A stretch of 64,000 nucleotides of DNA from Oscillospiraceae bacterium. Lineage in GTDB: Bacteria > Bacillota > Clostridia > Oscillospirales > Ruminococcaceae. A program made the translations under genes and the position numbers. The stretch spans positions 14,153 to 78,152 of the forward strand of contig JALEOL010000024.1 in NCBI GenBank assembly GCA_022766785.1. Reading direction: 5' to 3'. Within the stretch, counting starts at the first letter, position 1. The number at the start of each line of letters is the position of its first letter. Below the pieces are notes generated by a model. The model ran no database searches and was not told the DNA's origin. It worked only from the letters and a program-made list of their open reading frames with translations. This document shows positions 1 to 10,180 of this stretch, piece by piece.

Positions 1-2043
1 ACCGAGGATTTTGAAATGCGTTTTCAGAATGTTCATGTAAATAATGACCGTCCCGTTGATATACTTAGCTGCACAACAACGATGGAAGTTGGTATTGATA
101 TTGGCTCTCTAACCGCAGTTGGTTTAAGGAATATTCCTCCCATGAGAGAGAATTATCAGCAGCGTGCAGGTCGTGCTGGACGTAAAAGCGCCGCAATATC
201 AACTATTGTGACCTTTGCAGATAATCGTCCGCATGATAGTTATTATTTCCATAATCCTGAAGAAATCATTTCAGGAGAACCACGCACACCGTGGATAGAT
301 GTTCATAATGCAAAATTGGTTTCAAGACATTTTAATGTTATATTAATAACTGAATTCTTCGACAGCATTTACAGTGGTGCAGATCAGCAAGAAATTGATA
401 AATTCTATACACAATGGTATTCGCAATTCTCAGATTATATACTAAGTAAACAAGCTATGGATTTTGATATGACCGCACTGATTCCAGACGGCGTTGATTT
501 TAATTTCAGTCAATACAAAAATAAATTCTTGGAAGAAATGGATGCTTTGAAGCACAAGGTTGAAAGTTTCCCTGAAAATTACAAAGACGGTGAAGATTCT
601 TCAAAGACAGTTCTTGATACACTTTTGGAAGAGGGCATTTTCCCGACATATTCGTTCCCGAAGGATGTAATTGGGTTTTATGTTGAAGATAATCAAGGAA
701 AGAGTATTGTTCAAAAGCCTGAACGTTCTTTGGATATGGCAATTAGTGAATACGCTCCTGGTAGAATAATCGTTATCAATAAAGAAGTATATAAATCAGG
801 AGGTATTTATAGCTTCCACTCTAAATTCAAACCCGGAGAGCAAAAACATCCAGCACTACCTTATTTTTCAAGTACAGACTATTATAGGACTCTTTATATC
901 TGTGAAGATCAGTCTTGTAACTGGATGGGGCTATCGCCTGTGAAGAATTGTCCATTCTGTGGTAAAGACAATATTCAACAGAAGTTTGTATTGAAACCTT
1001 GGGGGTTTGCTCCGGTAAACGGCAGAAAACAGAGTGAAAACGATGATGACGCCGATATTTCATTTGCAGAAAATCCAAGTTACTCAATTACTCCTACTGA
1101 AGAGGAAATGATAGATGTAGAATCATATGATAATCTTAGATATTCAAAACGTGACGATGATCCGCTTATCATCGTAAACAAAGGTCCTAAATCAAAAGGC
1201 TTTATGGTGTGTAAGGAATGTGGGGCAGCCGTACCAGGCGATGATTCTGTTTCGCTCTCAAAATTACTGAAACCATTTGTACATCCATATAAAAAGTTTG
1301 ATTGCCATCATTCTCCCTCACAAATTACTAATACTTATTTAGGAAGTCAATTCCGAACAGACATGGTTGTGTACGAGATAGCTTTACCATACGATAAAGT
1401 TAATGTGGATCCCAAAGAGCTGTGGATTCACAGAGCGGGTCAGACTATGGCAGAAGCAATGACACTTGCAGGCGGTCGCCTTTTGGATATAGAATTTAAT
1501 GAAATACGAAGTGGTTATCGCTTGCGTTACGATAATGCACAGGAAAAAGCCTTTGTTGATGTTTTCTTATTTGATAGTTTGTCAAGCGGCGCAGGCTACT
1601 GCTCTACATTAGCTGATCGTACTGAGGAATTAATGGCTGAAATCAGGAAAGTACTGAGCGAATGTCCGGCAAAGTGTGATAGTGCTTGCCATGAATGTAT
1701 GATGCATTTCTGGAATCAAAGGGTGCAGAGTAACTTAGATCGATTTGCAGCACTACAATTGTTAGATTGGTGTCAATATTCTGTTCTTCCAGAACCGTTA
1801 TCCTATGAAGAACAAGAAAAATTATTGCTTCCATTAAACGCTCTTGGCTCAGATTATAGAATCGAAGCTCATGAGTGTCAACACTTCCTGATTGAAAATG
1901 GCAAATCACATAAAATCATGGTGTTGCCTGCAATGTGGAGCAAACTTTATAGTGGAATACCTTTAAACGTGATTACTGTTTCCGACAAATTGCTGAAATA
2001 TGCATTACCCAAAGCTGATGCCATAATACGTGAACAGCTATAA
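1..2043 (+). CDS. C-terminal part of a large SF2 (DEAD/DEAH-box) helicase with DUF1998/MrfA-type Zn-binding domain; 5' end lies outside the window
   Basis: Frame is open from base 1. Helicase motifs V ([11 protein letters not shown]) and VI ([10 protein letters not shown]); C-terminal [12 protein letters not shown]...[12 protein letters not shown] typical of DUF1998. Visibly more AT-rich than the backbone. Confidence 0.85.
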   Translation, partial: TEDFEMRFQNVHVNNDRPVDILSCTTTMEVGIDIGSLTAVGLRNIPPMRENYQQRAGRAGRKSAAISTIVTFADNRPHDSYYFHNPEEIISGEPRTPWIDVHNAKLVSRHFNVILITEFFDSIYSGADQQEIDKFYTQWYSQFSDYILSKQAMDFDMTALIPDGVDFNFSQYKNKFLEEMDALKHKVESFPENYKDGEDSSKTVLDTLLEEGIFPTYSFPKDVIGFYVEDNQGKSIVQKPERSLDMAISEYAPGRIIVINKEVYKSGGIYSFHSKFKPGEQKHPALPYFSSTDYYRTLYICEDQSCNWMGLSPVKNCPFCGKDNIQQKFVLKPWGFAPVNGRKQSENDDDADISFAENPSYSITPTEEEMIDVESYDNLRYSKRDDDPLIIVNKGPKSKGFMVCKECGAAVPGDDSVSLSKLLKPFVHPYKKFDCHHSPSQITNTYLGSQFRTDMVVYEIALPYDKVNVDPKELWIHRAGQTMAEAMTLAGGRLLDIEFNEIRSGYRLRYDNAQEKAFVDVFLFDSLSSGAGYCSTLADRTEELMAEIRKVLSECPAKCDSACHECMMHFWNQRVQSNLDRFAALQLLDWCQYSVLPEPLSYEEQEKLLLPLNALGSDYRIEAHECQHFLIENGKSHKIMVLPAMWSKLYSGIPLNVITVSDKLLKYALPKADAIIREQL

Positions 2044-2405
2044 TCATGTGTACCACACAAGTCTTTGTCTATTGGTTTACTATCTTTCCGTTCCACGCAA
2101 GCCTAAATCATCGTTATGGCATATCACACAATCAGCAGATACGTTATTGAAACTGAATACAAACAGCAAGCCCCCGAGAACATTCTGCAAGCGTTTCTGA
2201 GGGCTTGTTCTTATAGGCACTTAAGTTTTCCATTCGCTAGGTTTGGTAGCACTGTGGAGCTTTTCCATTCGCTATAGGGCATAGCAACAGCGATCCGCTG
2301 TTTCCGTCAACTCGTTGTGCTGAGATCATTCATTCTCATCGCTGAAATCATCAACCCCATAAAGTATTGCAGGCAGCTTATTGCTCAAAAGGAGTGTGCT
2401 TTCCG

Positions 2406-3413
2406 CTATTTTGCTCTCCCTTCCAACTCTGCCCTCCTACTGTTAATACTACCGATATAGTCTTCAATCGCCTTCTCCAACTCCTCCCCACCGTTCTTCT
2501 CAAACTTCCGAAGCATAGCCGCAGAGGTGCGGATAAACTCGTCGTGAAGCGCCTTGTATTCGGCTTTGTCGGTGTCGGAAAGACGTTCCCAAGCCTTATT
2601 CTTGTGCATAAAATTCTCAAACCTATACTTTACTTGCTGTCGAAAGCTGAAAACTCCCTCCGAGCATTTCTCCCTGTAAATAACCTTGCTGTTTTTCTTG
2701 CGAAGCACCTTACAATCCTCACAGTATTGCGTGTTCTTCGACTTAGCGAGGAAGAAGCTGCCGCACAGCTTACACTGAACGCAGAACACTTTTCTGCTCG
2801 TCAAATAGCAGGAATACTCCGTCAATAGTTCCGAAATCTCGCTGCAATTAAACCTAATAACCTCACAAATCTCCGTGTCCTGCGGAGATTTTTTCTTTTT
2901 CAGCGTGGTGAATGTGTCGGTAATCAGCGTTTCCACATCATCACGGAACTGCTCGCCCAACAACGCTCTATCGGTCTGTTTCAGAGGCAATCCGTGCCGC
3001 GCGTTCATATAAAAGAAAGTGACGGTCTTGTACCATTTTGAGATAGTCCTTGCAAGCAGGCGCAGGGTAATGCTCTTATCAACCTTGAAGATGCAATCAA
3101 GCTCGTTTTTTGTTTCGGCAACTCTGTGGCTGTTGGAGTTCTTGTCGCAAAGGTTAGCGTAGAGCCTGTCCGAAAGTTCCTGAAGCTTCTCCACATCCGA
3201 CAACGACTTGAACACATCAGCAGCAAAAGTACCGAGCGGCTGTTCACGAAGATATATGTCCAAATCCTTAACGGCGAGATTTGGGGTGTCGCTGTTTTTC
3301 AGCGCCTTTTTGATGATTTTTGTCGAGCCGCCTATCAGGGTTTCGGTGCTGTCCGTGAGCAGAAGAACCGCCTCGTAATCATAATTAACATCAAATTTCT
3401 TCTCAAAATCCAT
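2406..3413 (-). CDS. Hypothetical protein with CxxC...CxxC zinc-binding motif (DUF6076-like), divergent from xis
   Basis: 335-aa ORF with RBS AAGGAGG; motif CVQCKLCGSFFLAKSKNTQYCEDC. Confidence 0.7.
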   Translation of the reverse strand: MDFEKKFDVNYDYEAVLLLTDSTETLIGGSTKIIKKALKNSDTPNLAVKDLDIYLREQPLGTFAADVFKSLSDVEKLQELSDRLYANLCDKNSNSHRVAETKNELDCIFKVDKSITLRLLARTISKWYKTVTFFYMNARHGLPLKQTDRALLGEQFRDDVETLITDTFTTLKKKKSPQDTEICEVIRFNCSEISELLTEYSCYLTSRKVFCVQCKLCGSFFLAKSKNTQYCEDCKVLRKKNSKVIYREKCSEGVFSFRQQVKYRFENFMHKNKAWERLSDTDKAEYKALHDEFIRTSAAMLRKFEKNGGEELEKAIEDYIGSINSRRAELEGRAK

Positions 3414-3637
3414 AGAAAACTACCTCCTTTACAAGGATAATGTACTAATAAAAGCGCCAAATAGGGCTGAAACAGCTGAAAATCCACCTGTAAATATGGC
3501 ATAATACAGCTATTCGCGGCAGGATTTAAGCCAGAACGCATTTTAACAAGGATAAAATGGAAAAGTGCAATTAACCGCATTATAAAAGCGTTTATTCAAT
3601 GGTAAAACGCAATTATTTCATAATACTATCCTTGTAT

Positions 3638-3682
3638 AGTATATCACAACCTATTGCATTTGTCAATCCCGAATGGTAGAAT
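3638..3682. promoter_or_regulatory. Overlapping divergent sigmaA-type promoters
   Basis: Minus strand: TTGACA(3666-3661)-17-TATACT(3643-3638) with TG. Plus strand: TTGCAT(3654-3659)-17-TAGAAT(3677-3682) with TG. Confidence 0.6.
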
Positions 3683-3744
3683 ATTGTCAAGGGACGAAGC
3701 TTCACCCGACATTCCGAACAACACCATTCAAGGAGGTAACTTTT

Positions 3745-4026
3745 ATGACAAACGCAAAGCGAGAAGAAATTATTGCGGCAATGAGCAGCCTGCTCGAACA
3801 GCTTGTAGAGAACGAGCAGCCGAAAGCCGAAACAACCGCCCCACCCGAAAAGGTTGAAATGCTGACGATAAAGGAGTGTACCGAAGCGGTCAAGGGGCTG
3901 AACGAGTACACGGTTCGGCAGCTTATCGCCCGCAAGGAAATCCCTTCAATCAGAACGGGACAAGGCAAGCGTGGAAAGATACTCGTTCCGAAAGCGGCTC
4001 TGCTTCGCTATTTTGTTGGTGCATAA
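3745..4026 (+). CDS. Excisionase-like helix-turn-helix (HTH_17) protein
   Basis: RBS GGAGGT before ATG 3745; MLTIKECTEAVKGLNEYTVRQLIARKEIPSIRTG xis-type wHTH. Confidence 0.8.
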   Translation: MTNAKREEIIAAMSSLLEQLVENEQPKAETTAPPEKVEMLTIKECTEAVKGLNEYTVRQLIARKEIPSIRTGQGKRGKILVPKAALLRYFVGA

Positions 4027-4952
4027 TGAAAATACTTGAACGGATTAACCCCACAAACACAGGCTCGTACAACCGCCCCATTGCTCACGCTTTGGGGCTT
4101 GGGGCGGCGGTGGTTTACGCTGCGCTGATTAGCAAGCAGGTCTATTACGAACAGCACGATATGCTTGACGAGGAAGGCTTCTTCTACTCCAAGATTGCAG
4201 ATTTGGAGGAAAGCACAACGCTTTCCAAACGCCAACAGAGCGCCGCAATAAAAGTGCTGATTGACGCAGGAATTATCGAGTGCAAGAGGTGCGGAATGCC
4301 CGCTAAACGGTATTTTCGTGTGCTTGACGATACAGAGCCGCTTGACGATTTGCTCAAACAGGGCGAAGCGGTTATGAACGAGCTGAACCCGATAGCCCAG
4401 AAGTGCGAAAATGTAACTTCTTGTAGTGACAAAATCGTCCAACAAGAAGTGACAAATTGTAACATCAAGTTGGCACAAAACGTGCCTTATACTATAAATC
4501 CTAATATAATAAAATCTAAAGAGAATAATCCTAATCAATCAATCCAAAGCGGCGATAGGATTGATATGATGGATAATTCAGCCGAGATTGTTTCTGCTGA
4601 TGAACGCAGCAATTACCTTGAGCTTATCCGTGAGAATATCGAGTATGACTGCTTTGAAGAAAAGGAGCAGGAGAAGGTTGACGAGCTGGTGGAGGTAATG
4701 GTTGATTTAGTGTGTTCAAGCCAAAACACAGTTCGGGTTCACGGCGAGGACTTGCCACACGAGGTGGTTAAGAGCCGCTTCCTGAAACTCAATCACGAGC
4801 ATATCGAATATGTGCTGCTTGCCTTGAAACGGAACACAAGCGACGTGAAGAACATCAGAGCTTATCTGATAACGACGCTTTACAACGCTCCGACAACAAA
4901 GGACGCCTACTACACAACGCTTGTTAATCACGATATGTATGGGAGTGCGTGA
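4026..4952 (+). CDS. Replication initiator-like protein (N-terminal wHTH, C-terminal DUF6017-like)
   Basis: ATG overlaps the xis stop (TAATG). C-terminus VVKSRFLKLNHEHIEYV...NIRAYLITTLYNAPTT is typical of Firmicute IME/ICE RepA-type proteins. Confidence 0.75.
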   Translation: MKILERINPTNTGSYNRPIAHALGLGAAVVYAALISKQVYYEQHDMLDEEGFFYSKIADLEESTTLSKRQQSAAIKVLIDAGIIECKRCGMPAKRYFRVLDDTEPLDDLLKQGEAVMNELNPIAQKCENVTSCSDKIVQQEVTNCNIKLAQNVPYTINPNIIKSKENNPNQSIQSGDRIDMMDNSAEIVSADERSNYLELIRENIEYDCFEEKEQEKVDELVEVMVDLVCSSQNTVRVHGEDLPHEVVKSRFLKLNHEHIEYVLLALKRNTSDVKNIRAYLITTLYNAPTTKDAYYTTLVNHDMYGSA

Positions 4953-5313
4953 CTGCTCGGAGAAATTTTTCTTTCAGATTTGAAAAGAAAAATTTTGTCG
5001 GGCTTGGAGAGTTTTCACTCCTGTCCGCAGAGGTCGAGTGAGAGAGGTTTTGAGATTTACCTCAATTCCGAGGTCAGTCATTTGGGAGCGATTTTCGCTT
5101 TTACCTCGTTTTACGAGGTGGCTGGTTGAGAGGGGTTTGAGAATTTATCTCAAATCTCGGAGTGGTAAGCGAAAAGAGGTTTGGGGAATTTTCCCCAACT
5201 CAATGTGATAATGACGGGCGGAGCTTGTCACTATCACTATTGAGTATAGCAACAACGACTAAAATCGAAAAATATGCTCAATTTCTTAAAACGGTTTAAT
5301 CGGGCATTTTGAA

Positions 5314-5462
5314 GATAAATTGAAAAACTGTATTTTTTGTCTTGCTGCCGATGATGAGATAAATTTTAAAACTGAACTTTTTAACTTGCTGCCGTTTTTA
5401 AGATAAATTCAAAAAATGATTTTTCGGAACAGCGGCAGCTGACAGGATAAATTCAAAAACAG
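5314..5462 (+). repeat. Four iteron-like repeats with exact 44-bp periodicity
   Basis: GATAAATT(G/T/C)AAAAA-type motif starts at 5314, 5358, 5402 and 5446; CTTGCTGCCG at 5341 and 5385. Confidence 0.8.
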
Positions 5463-5481
5463 ACGAAGGGAGATATATACA

Positions 5482-7200
5482 ATGAGCGTGAAAAAGTCAA
5501 ACGGGCTGTCGGTTTCGTTTCGTGTTGACAGCGGTTACCTCGACCACAACAACCGAGTTATCACCGCTCACAATGTTGATGTTTCAAGAACGGCAGATAA
5601 CATTACCTACACAAAAATCGACTTGCGTGATTTCTATCATCAGGTCTTTGGCGAGGCGATTATGGAATACAATCTGAAGCAAGACCGCCCAGACCGAGAA
5701 ATTCACGATTACTACGAGCAAGTCAAAAAATCGAAAAAGGTAAAGCTGTTCTATGAAGTGGTTGTGCAGTTTGGGGATTCGCACGACTGCGGACTTGATA
5801 CAGAGAATTGGGAAACTGCAAAAACTATGCTTGACGAATATGTGCAGGATTTTGAAAAACGCAATCCTAACCTTAAAGTGTTTAATGCCGTAATGCACCT
5901 TGACGAGAGTACGCCGCACCTTCATATTGACTTCGTTCCCGTGGCTCACAAGGGACGGCGAGGTATGTCGCTGAAAAACTCAATGAGCGGGGCGCTTCGG
6001 GAACAGGGGTTTTCCTCGTCCAACAAAATGCAGAACGAGTGGACGGCTTGGTCTGAAAGTGAGCGTTCGGTTATGGAGCAGATTTTGCTGAAACACGGTT
6101 TGCGGCGAGAGGATAAAAATGTTCATCGGCAGCATATGTCCGTTGAGGATTACAAGAAGGCTGCCCTTAAAGCGGAGCAAATCAACAAATTAAACGCTCA
6201 CATAAACGAGCTGAAAAAGAAACCTGTTGAGGAGCTAACCCCAGATGAAGTTACTCTTATCAAAAACCAGAATGATTTTATGCGTGGGGAAATCATAAAT
6301 CGTAACGAAACTATTTCCGAATTGAGCAAACAAGTTAATGCAAAATTTGTAACTGTAAACATTTACAGCCCCGACAAGCTACAATACATAGCGGACGGGT
6401 TGGCTCGTGCGAAAATACCTTGCGTTGCCGAAAGCAACACGCTTTATGTTCCCGATTACGCTTTGAGGACGGCAAAAGCGATTGCGTCCCACTACAAGCC
6501 CGACGAGAAAGCGCCGACTATCCGTGAGCAGATTAAGCTGGACATTGACAGGCTGGTGTATAGGACGGAAACCCTTGACGATTTGCTCTATCGGTTGCAG
6601 GAGTGTGGTTATGAAGTCAAAGAAGGCAAGTACATATCGGTGAAGCACCCCTCGGCTGAACGCTTCGTGCGGCTGAAAAACCTCGGTGATGAATACTTGC
6701 CGAAAAACCTTGAACAGCGCATAGCTGAAAAGGATATGTTTACCGACCGTGTGAGATATAAAGCGCAGAACGCAAGCCCGATTGAGAAGCGGTTTCATAT
6801 CACCATTCTTAACATTACAACCGCTGTCAAGCAGTTTCAGCTTGAACCGAAGAAAACAGATAAACGCAGATACTATTTCTTCCAAAATGACGCTCGGATA
6901 AACTATCTCTCGGAACAGCTTGCTACAATCGGCGAGTTTGGCTTGACCTCCCGTGACAGCATTTACGCAAAGGCGCAGGAGTTACAGCGCACCATTCATC
7001 AAATTCGCTCACAGGGCGACAATCCCGAAGAACAGGAAAAGGCGCTGAAACGCATAAACACGCTGATTAAAGTGTATGAGGAGATTGTGGAAGGCAACTA
7101 CATTGACAATCTCATAAAGGCACAACAGGAAGAAAAGCAGGCTGCGGAGCAGAACGCAAATGCACGCAAAAATACAACAAGAAATGCACAGAAAAGATAA
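5482..7200 (+). CDS. Relaxase/mobilization protein (MobV/Mob_Pre N-terminus)
   Basis: YLDHNNR and AVMHLDESTPHLHIDFVP MobV motifs; coiled-coil C-terminus. Confidence 0.85.
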   Translation: MSVKKSNGLSVSFRVDSGYLDHNNRVITAHNVDVSRTADNITYTKIDLRDFYHQVFGEAIMEYNLKQDRPDREIHDYYEQVKKSKKVKLFYEVVVQFGDSHDCGLDTENWETAKTMLDEYVQDFEKRNPNLKVFNAVMHLDESTPHLHIDFVPVAHKGRRGMSLKNSMSGALREQGFSSSNKMQNEWTAWSESERSVMEQILLKHGLRREDKNVHRQHMSVEDYKKAALKAEQINKLNAHINELKKKPVEELTPDEVTLIKNQNDFMRGEIINRNETISELSKQVNAKFVTVNIYSPDKLQYIADGLARAKIPCVAESNTLYVPDYALRTAKAIASHYKPDEKAPTIREQIKLDIDRLVYRTETLDDLLYRLQECGYEVKEGKYISVKHPSAERFVRLKNLGDEYLPKNLEQRIAEKDMFTDRVRYKAQNASPIEKRFHITILNITTAVKQFQLEPKKTDKRRYYFFQNDARINYLSEQLATIGEFGLTSRDSIYAKAQELQRTIHQIRSQGDNPEEQEKALKRINTLIKVYEEIVEGNYIDNLIKAQQEEKQAAEQNANARKNTTRNAQKR

Positions 7201-7291
7201 CATACCTCTTGACAAATCACACTTTAAAGTGGTAAAATAGAGTTGCAGAGAGTATGTCATAAATCTACAATATCGAAAGGAGCGATATTTT

Positions 7292-8476
7292 ATGGCAACA
7301 ATCAGAAAGCGCGGCGGCACGTATCAGATACGGGTGTCGCTGGGCTACGATAAAAACGGCAATCATAAGGAGCAGGCGATGACTTGGAAGCCCGACGAGG
7401 GTATGTCGGAGCGGCAAATTCAAAAGGAGCTGAACCGACAAGCGGTGATGTTCGAGGAAGCCTGTATGCACGGCTATAAGGCGAAAGCGGTCAAGTTTGA
7501 GGAACTGGCGGATGAGTGGTTCTCTGACTACGCAAGGCTCAATCTCCGAAGCACCACATACGAGCGAATGAAACAGCTTACCCACCGCATTTATCCTGCT
7601 ATCGGGCATTTGCGGATTGATAAGATTTCACCCCGACAGCTGCAAGGCTTTGTAAATTCCCTTGCCAAAGAGGGTGCGAACGAGAAAACGGGTAAGCCGC
7701 TTGCACCTAAAACTATACGGCATAATTTGAGTTTCATTTCAGATGTGTTCAGCTATGCTGTGAAAATGGGCGTAGTTTCGGAAAATCCCTGCACGAAGGT
7801 CACGATACCAAAAGGCGAGGTCAAGGAGAAGCAGATTTACTCGCAGGAGGAGCTGGAACTGCTTCTGAACAAACTCATCGACGAACCGACAAAGTACCGT
7901 GCGTTCTTTTACCTGATTTCCTACACGGGCTTGCGGCGCTCGGAAATGCTTGGTCTTGAATGGAAAGACATTGACTTTGAGCATAATGTTATTTCCGTTC
8001 GCAGGACGAGCAACTACACAGCAGAGCGCGGCACTTACACGGACACTACGAAAACCAAGCGTTCGCAGAGGGCACTGAAAATCTCGCCCTTTATTATGAA
8101 TATCCTGAAACAGCTGAAAGAGGAGCAGGACGAGGAAGCGCTGCGGTTGGGCAGCAAGTGGGTTGACACCGACCGCCTTTTCGTGAAATGGAACGGCGAA
8201 GAAATGAACAATCAGACGCCTTACGGCTGGTTAAAGGAGTTTTGCGAGAAGAACGATTTGCCGTTCTATGGCTTGCATAGTTTCAGGCATTTTGCGGCGA
8301 GCGCTTTGATTTCGGCTGGTCTTGATGTTACAACAGTTTCGGGAGCATTAGGGCACTCGAATTACGTCACGACTTTGAACGTATATTGTCATCAGTTCCA
8401 GAACGCACAGGCGAGAATTGCAGAAGCTATGGACGGGGCGTTCGGGTTCCTTGACGGTCGCAAGCTGGAGGCTTAA
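7292..8476 (+). CDS. int: Tyrosine recombinase/integrase
   Basis: TGLRRSE and HSFRH...LGH...VY catalytic residues; N-terminal arm-binding and SAM-like domains; own promoter TTGACA(7209)-18-TAAAAT. Confidence 0.95.
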   Translation: MATIRKRGGTYQIRVSLGYDKNGNHKEQAMTWKPDEGMSERQIQKELNRQAVMFEEACMHGYKAKAVKFEELADEWFSDYARLNLRSTTYERMKQLTHRIYPAIGHLRIDKISPRQLQGFVNSLAKEGANEKTGKPLAPKTIRHNLSFISDVFSYAVKMGVVSENPCTKVTIPKGEVKEKQIYSQEELELLLNKLIDEPTKYRAFFYLISYTGLRRSEMLGLEWKDIDFEHNVISVRRTSNYTAERGTYTDTTKTKRSQRALKISPFIMNILKQLKEEQDEEALRLGSKWVDTDRLFVKWNGEEMNNQTPYGWLKEFCEKNDLPFYGLHSFRHFAASALISAGLDVTTVSGALGHSNYVTTLNVYCHQFQNAQARIAEAMDGAFGFLDGRKLEA

Positions 8477-8589
8477 AGCGTGTATCTCGGAAAAATACGC
8501 AATAGCGGACAAACAGCGGACAAGCCGAAATTTTGGCAAAAAGAAAAGCCCACAAAAGGCTTCATTAAGCCAAATGTGAGCTATGCTTA

Positions 8590-8664
8590 TGGTGACCCGT
8601 ACGGGAATCGAACCCATGATTCCGCCGTGAAAGGGCGATGTCTTAACCTCTTGACCAACGGGCC
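8590..8664 (-). tRNA. tRNA-Glu (anticodon TTC)
   Basis: Reverse complement GGCCCGTTGGTCAAGAGGTTAAGACATCGCCCTTTCACGGCGGAATCATGGGTTCGATTCCCGTACGGGTCACCA folds as a cloverleaf with encoded CCA. Confidence 0.97.
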
Positions 8665-8701
8665 TAATAAAAAAACCGCACAACGAGGTATGCGGTTTTG
8701 A

Positions 8702-8778
8702 TGGTAGCGGTAATCGGATTCGAACCAATGACACCCTGGGTATGAACCAAGTGCTCTAGCCAACTGAGCTATACCGCC
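8702..8778 (-). tRNA. tRNA with anticodon CAT (elongator Met type)
   Basis: Reverse complement GGCGGTATAGCTCAGTTGGCTAGAGCACTTGGTTCATACCCAGGGTGTCATTGGTTCGAATCCGATTACCGCTACCA. Confidence 0.93.
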
Positions 8779-8814
8779 ATATTAAATCGTTAATCAACTC
8801 TCAACGACTTAATT

Positions 8815-8843
8815 ATTATATCACAAGGCAGCGGATTTGTCAA
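8815..8843 (-). promoter_or_regulatory. sigmaA promoter of the tRNA pair
   Basis: TTGACA-17-TATAAT with extended TG. Confidence 0.85.
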
Positions 8844-8891
8844 GCACTTTTTTAAATTTTTTTCGGTTTTTTTGCAGAAAGCGCTCCTGCG

Positions 8892-9452
8892 TCAATCCGC
8901 GCGGTATTCCGCGATGTAGGGCAGGTTCCTGTATTTCTCGCCGCAGTCCAGTCCGTAGCCTACCACGAAGTAATCCGGGATCGTGAACAGCGACATATCC
9001 GCCTTGAAGTCCACCACCCGTCTTGAGGGCTTGTCCAGCAGAGTGATCACCTCAAGCGAAAGCGGACGGCGCTCCCTCAGCTTCTCAACAACGGCGGCAA
9101 GCGTTCTGCCGGTGTCGATTATGTCCTCCGCGATCACCACATGATATCCGCTGATGTCCTGGCTGAGATCCTTTGTTATCGTCACCTCGCCGCTGGACAC
9201 GGTGCCGTCATAATAGCTGCGCGCACACATGAACCCCACCTCGCACGGGATCGTCACCGCACGGCAGAGATCCGCCATGAATATAAACGCGCCGTTAAGT
9301 ATGCTCACCAGCAGCAGCGGCTTGCCGGCGTATTTCTCGCTGATCATTCTGCCAGCTTCGGCAATGCGCTCCTTTATTTCCGCTTCGGTGAATATCACAC
9401 GGTTGATATGCTTTTCCAGTTCCTTGTCCACGGTCTTTCCTCCTGCTGCCAT
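8892..9452 (-). CDS. hpt: Hypoxanthine phosphoribosyltransferase
   Basis: PRPP-binding VVIAEDIIDTGRTL; FVVGYGLD...YRNLPYI. Confidence 0.95.
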   Translation of the reverse strand: MAAGGKTVDKELEKHINRVIFTEAEIKERIAEAGRMISEKYAGKPLLLVSILNGAFIFMADLCRAVTIPCEVGFMCARSYYDGTVSSGEVTITKDLSQDISGYHVVIAEDIIDTGRTLAAVVEKLRERRPLSLEVITLLDKPSRRVVDFKADMSLFTIPDYFVVGYGLDCGEKYRNLPYIAEYRAD

Positions 9453-9494
9453 TTTTGTCCCGGTGTTTTTACGACATTTTCTGCATTACTGCCC

Positions 9495-10013
9495 TCAGAT
9501 CCTGTATACCCAGTTCTCCTTCCTGGGCTTCGGTGCAGGAGCTTCCCCGGCAGGATAGCCTATAATGCAGTTGCCTATTCCCTCATAGTCGCCGGTTATA
9601 CCTAGCTTTTCGAGCAGCGCCTTTCCCTGCGGCGTCTCGAAAACCTCCTTCGCACGGTGTATCCAGCACGCTCCAAGCCCCTCGGAATGCGCCGCGTTCA
9701 GCAGATTTCCCATAACAAGGCTGCCGTCGTACAGATATGTCCCCGCGCTCCTGTCCGCAAGTACCACAAGAACCACCGGAGCGCCATAGAAAGGATCGCC
9801 CTTTCCGCCCATGACCGCAGCGTTAAGCTCGGACAACATGTCACGAGTCGCTTTGTCCGTCACCTCGATGATTATCGGCGACTGACGGTTCATGCCGGTG
9901 GGTGCGTGCGTCCCTGCTTCAATTATGCTGTCTATTACCTCCTGCGGCGGCATTTCAGGCTTGTATGCCTTTACGCTGGTGCGTGTTATCATATTCTTTA
10001 TCGGCTCTGTCAT
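9495..10013 (-). CDS. Nitroreductase family protein
   Basis: TRTSVKAY, APTGMNRQ and AAHSEGLGACWI motifs; start set at MTEPIK after RBS AAGGAG. Confidence 0.9.
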   Translation of the reverse strand: MTEPIKNMITRTSVKAYKPEMPPQEVIDSIIEAGTHAPTGMNRQSPIIIEVTDKATRDMLSELNAAVMGGKGDPFYGAPVVLVVLADRSAGTYLYDGSLVMGNLLNAAHSEGLGACWIHRAKEVFETPQGKALLEKLGITGDYEGIGNCIIGYPAGEAPAPKPRKENWVYRI

Positions 10014-10180
10014 AATTCTGCTCCTTCCGGGAATGAAATGATCTGCGCTTGTCCCTGTATTCTGATTATACCACCATCGCCGCGAATTGTCAACAATCAT
10101 TCCACACGATAAGCTATCCCCTGTTACTCTCAAAGACCGTCATGTCTGACCGCTTTCCGGCAGTAACCACGACCCCGTCT

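Larger units (their letters stand above)
1..8589. mobile_element. Integrative mobilizable element (right part) inserted at the 3' end of tRNA-Glu
   Basis: xis-rep-mob-tyrosine integrase module ends about 110 bp from the CCA end of tRNA-Glu. AT-rich cargo lies to the left. Left boundary not seen. Confidence 0.8.

Noticed and set aside
2226-2274. 14-bp direct repeat TTTTCCATTCGCTA (2226, 2261) as the left att of the IME
   Set aside because: It does not match the tRNA-Glu 3' end; function unclear.
5314-5462. Regularly spaced repeats as a mini CRISPR array
   Set aside because: Repeats are short and degenerate, the intervening sequences resemble each other, and no cas genes are present; iterons fit better.
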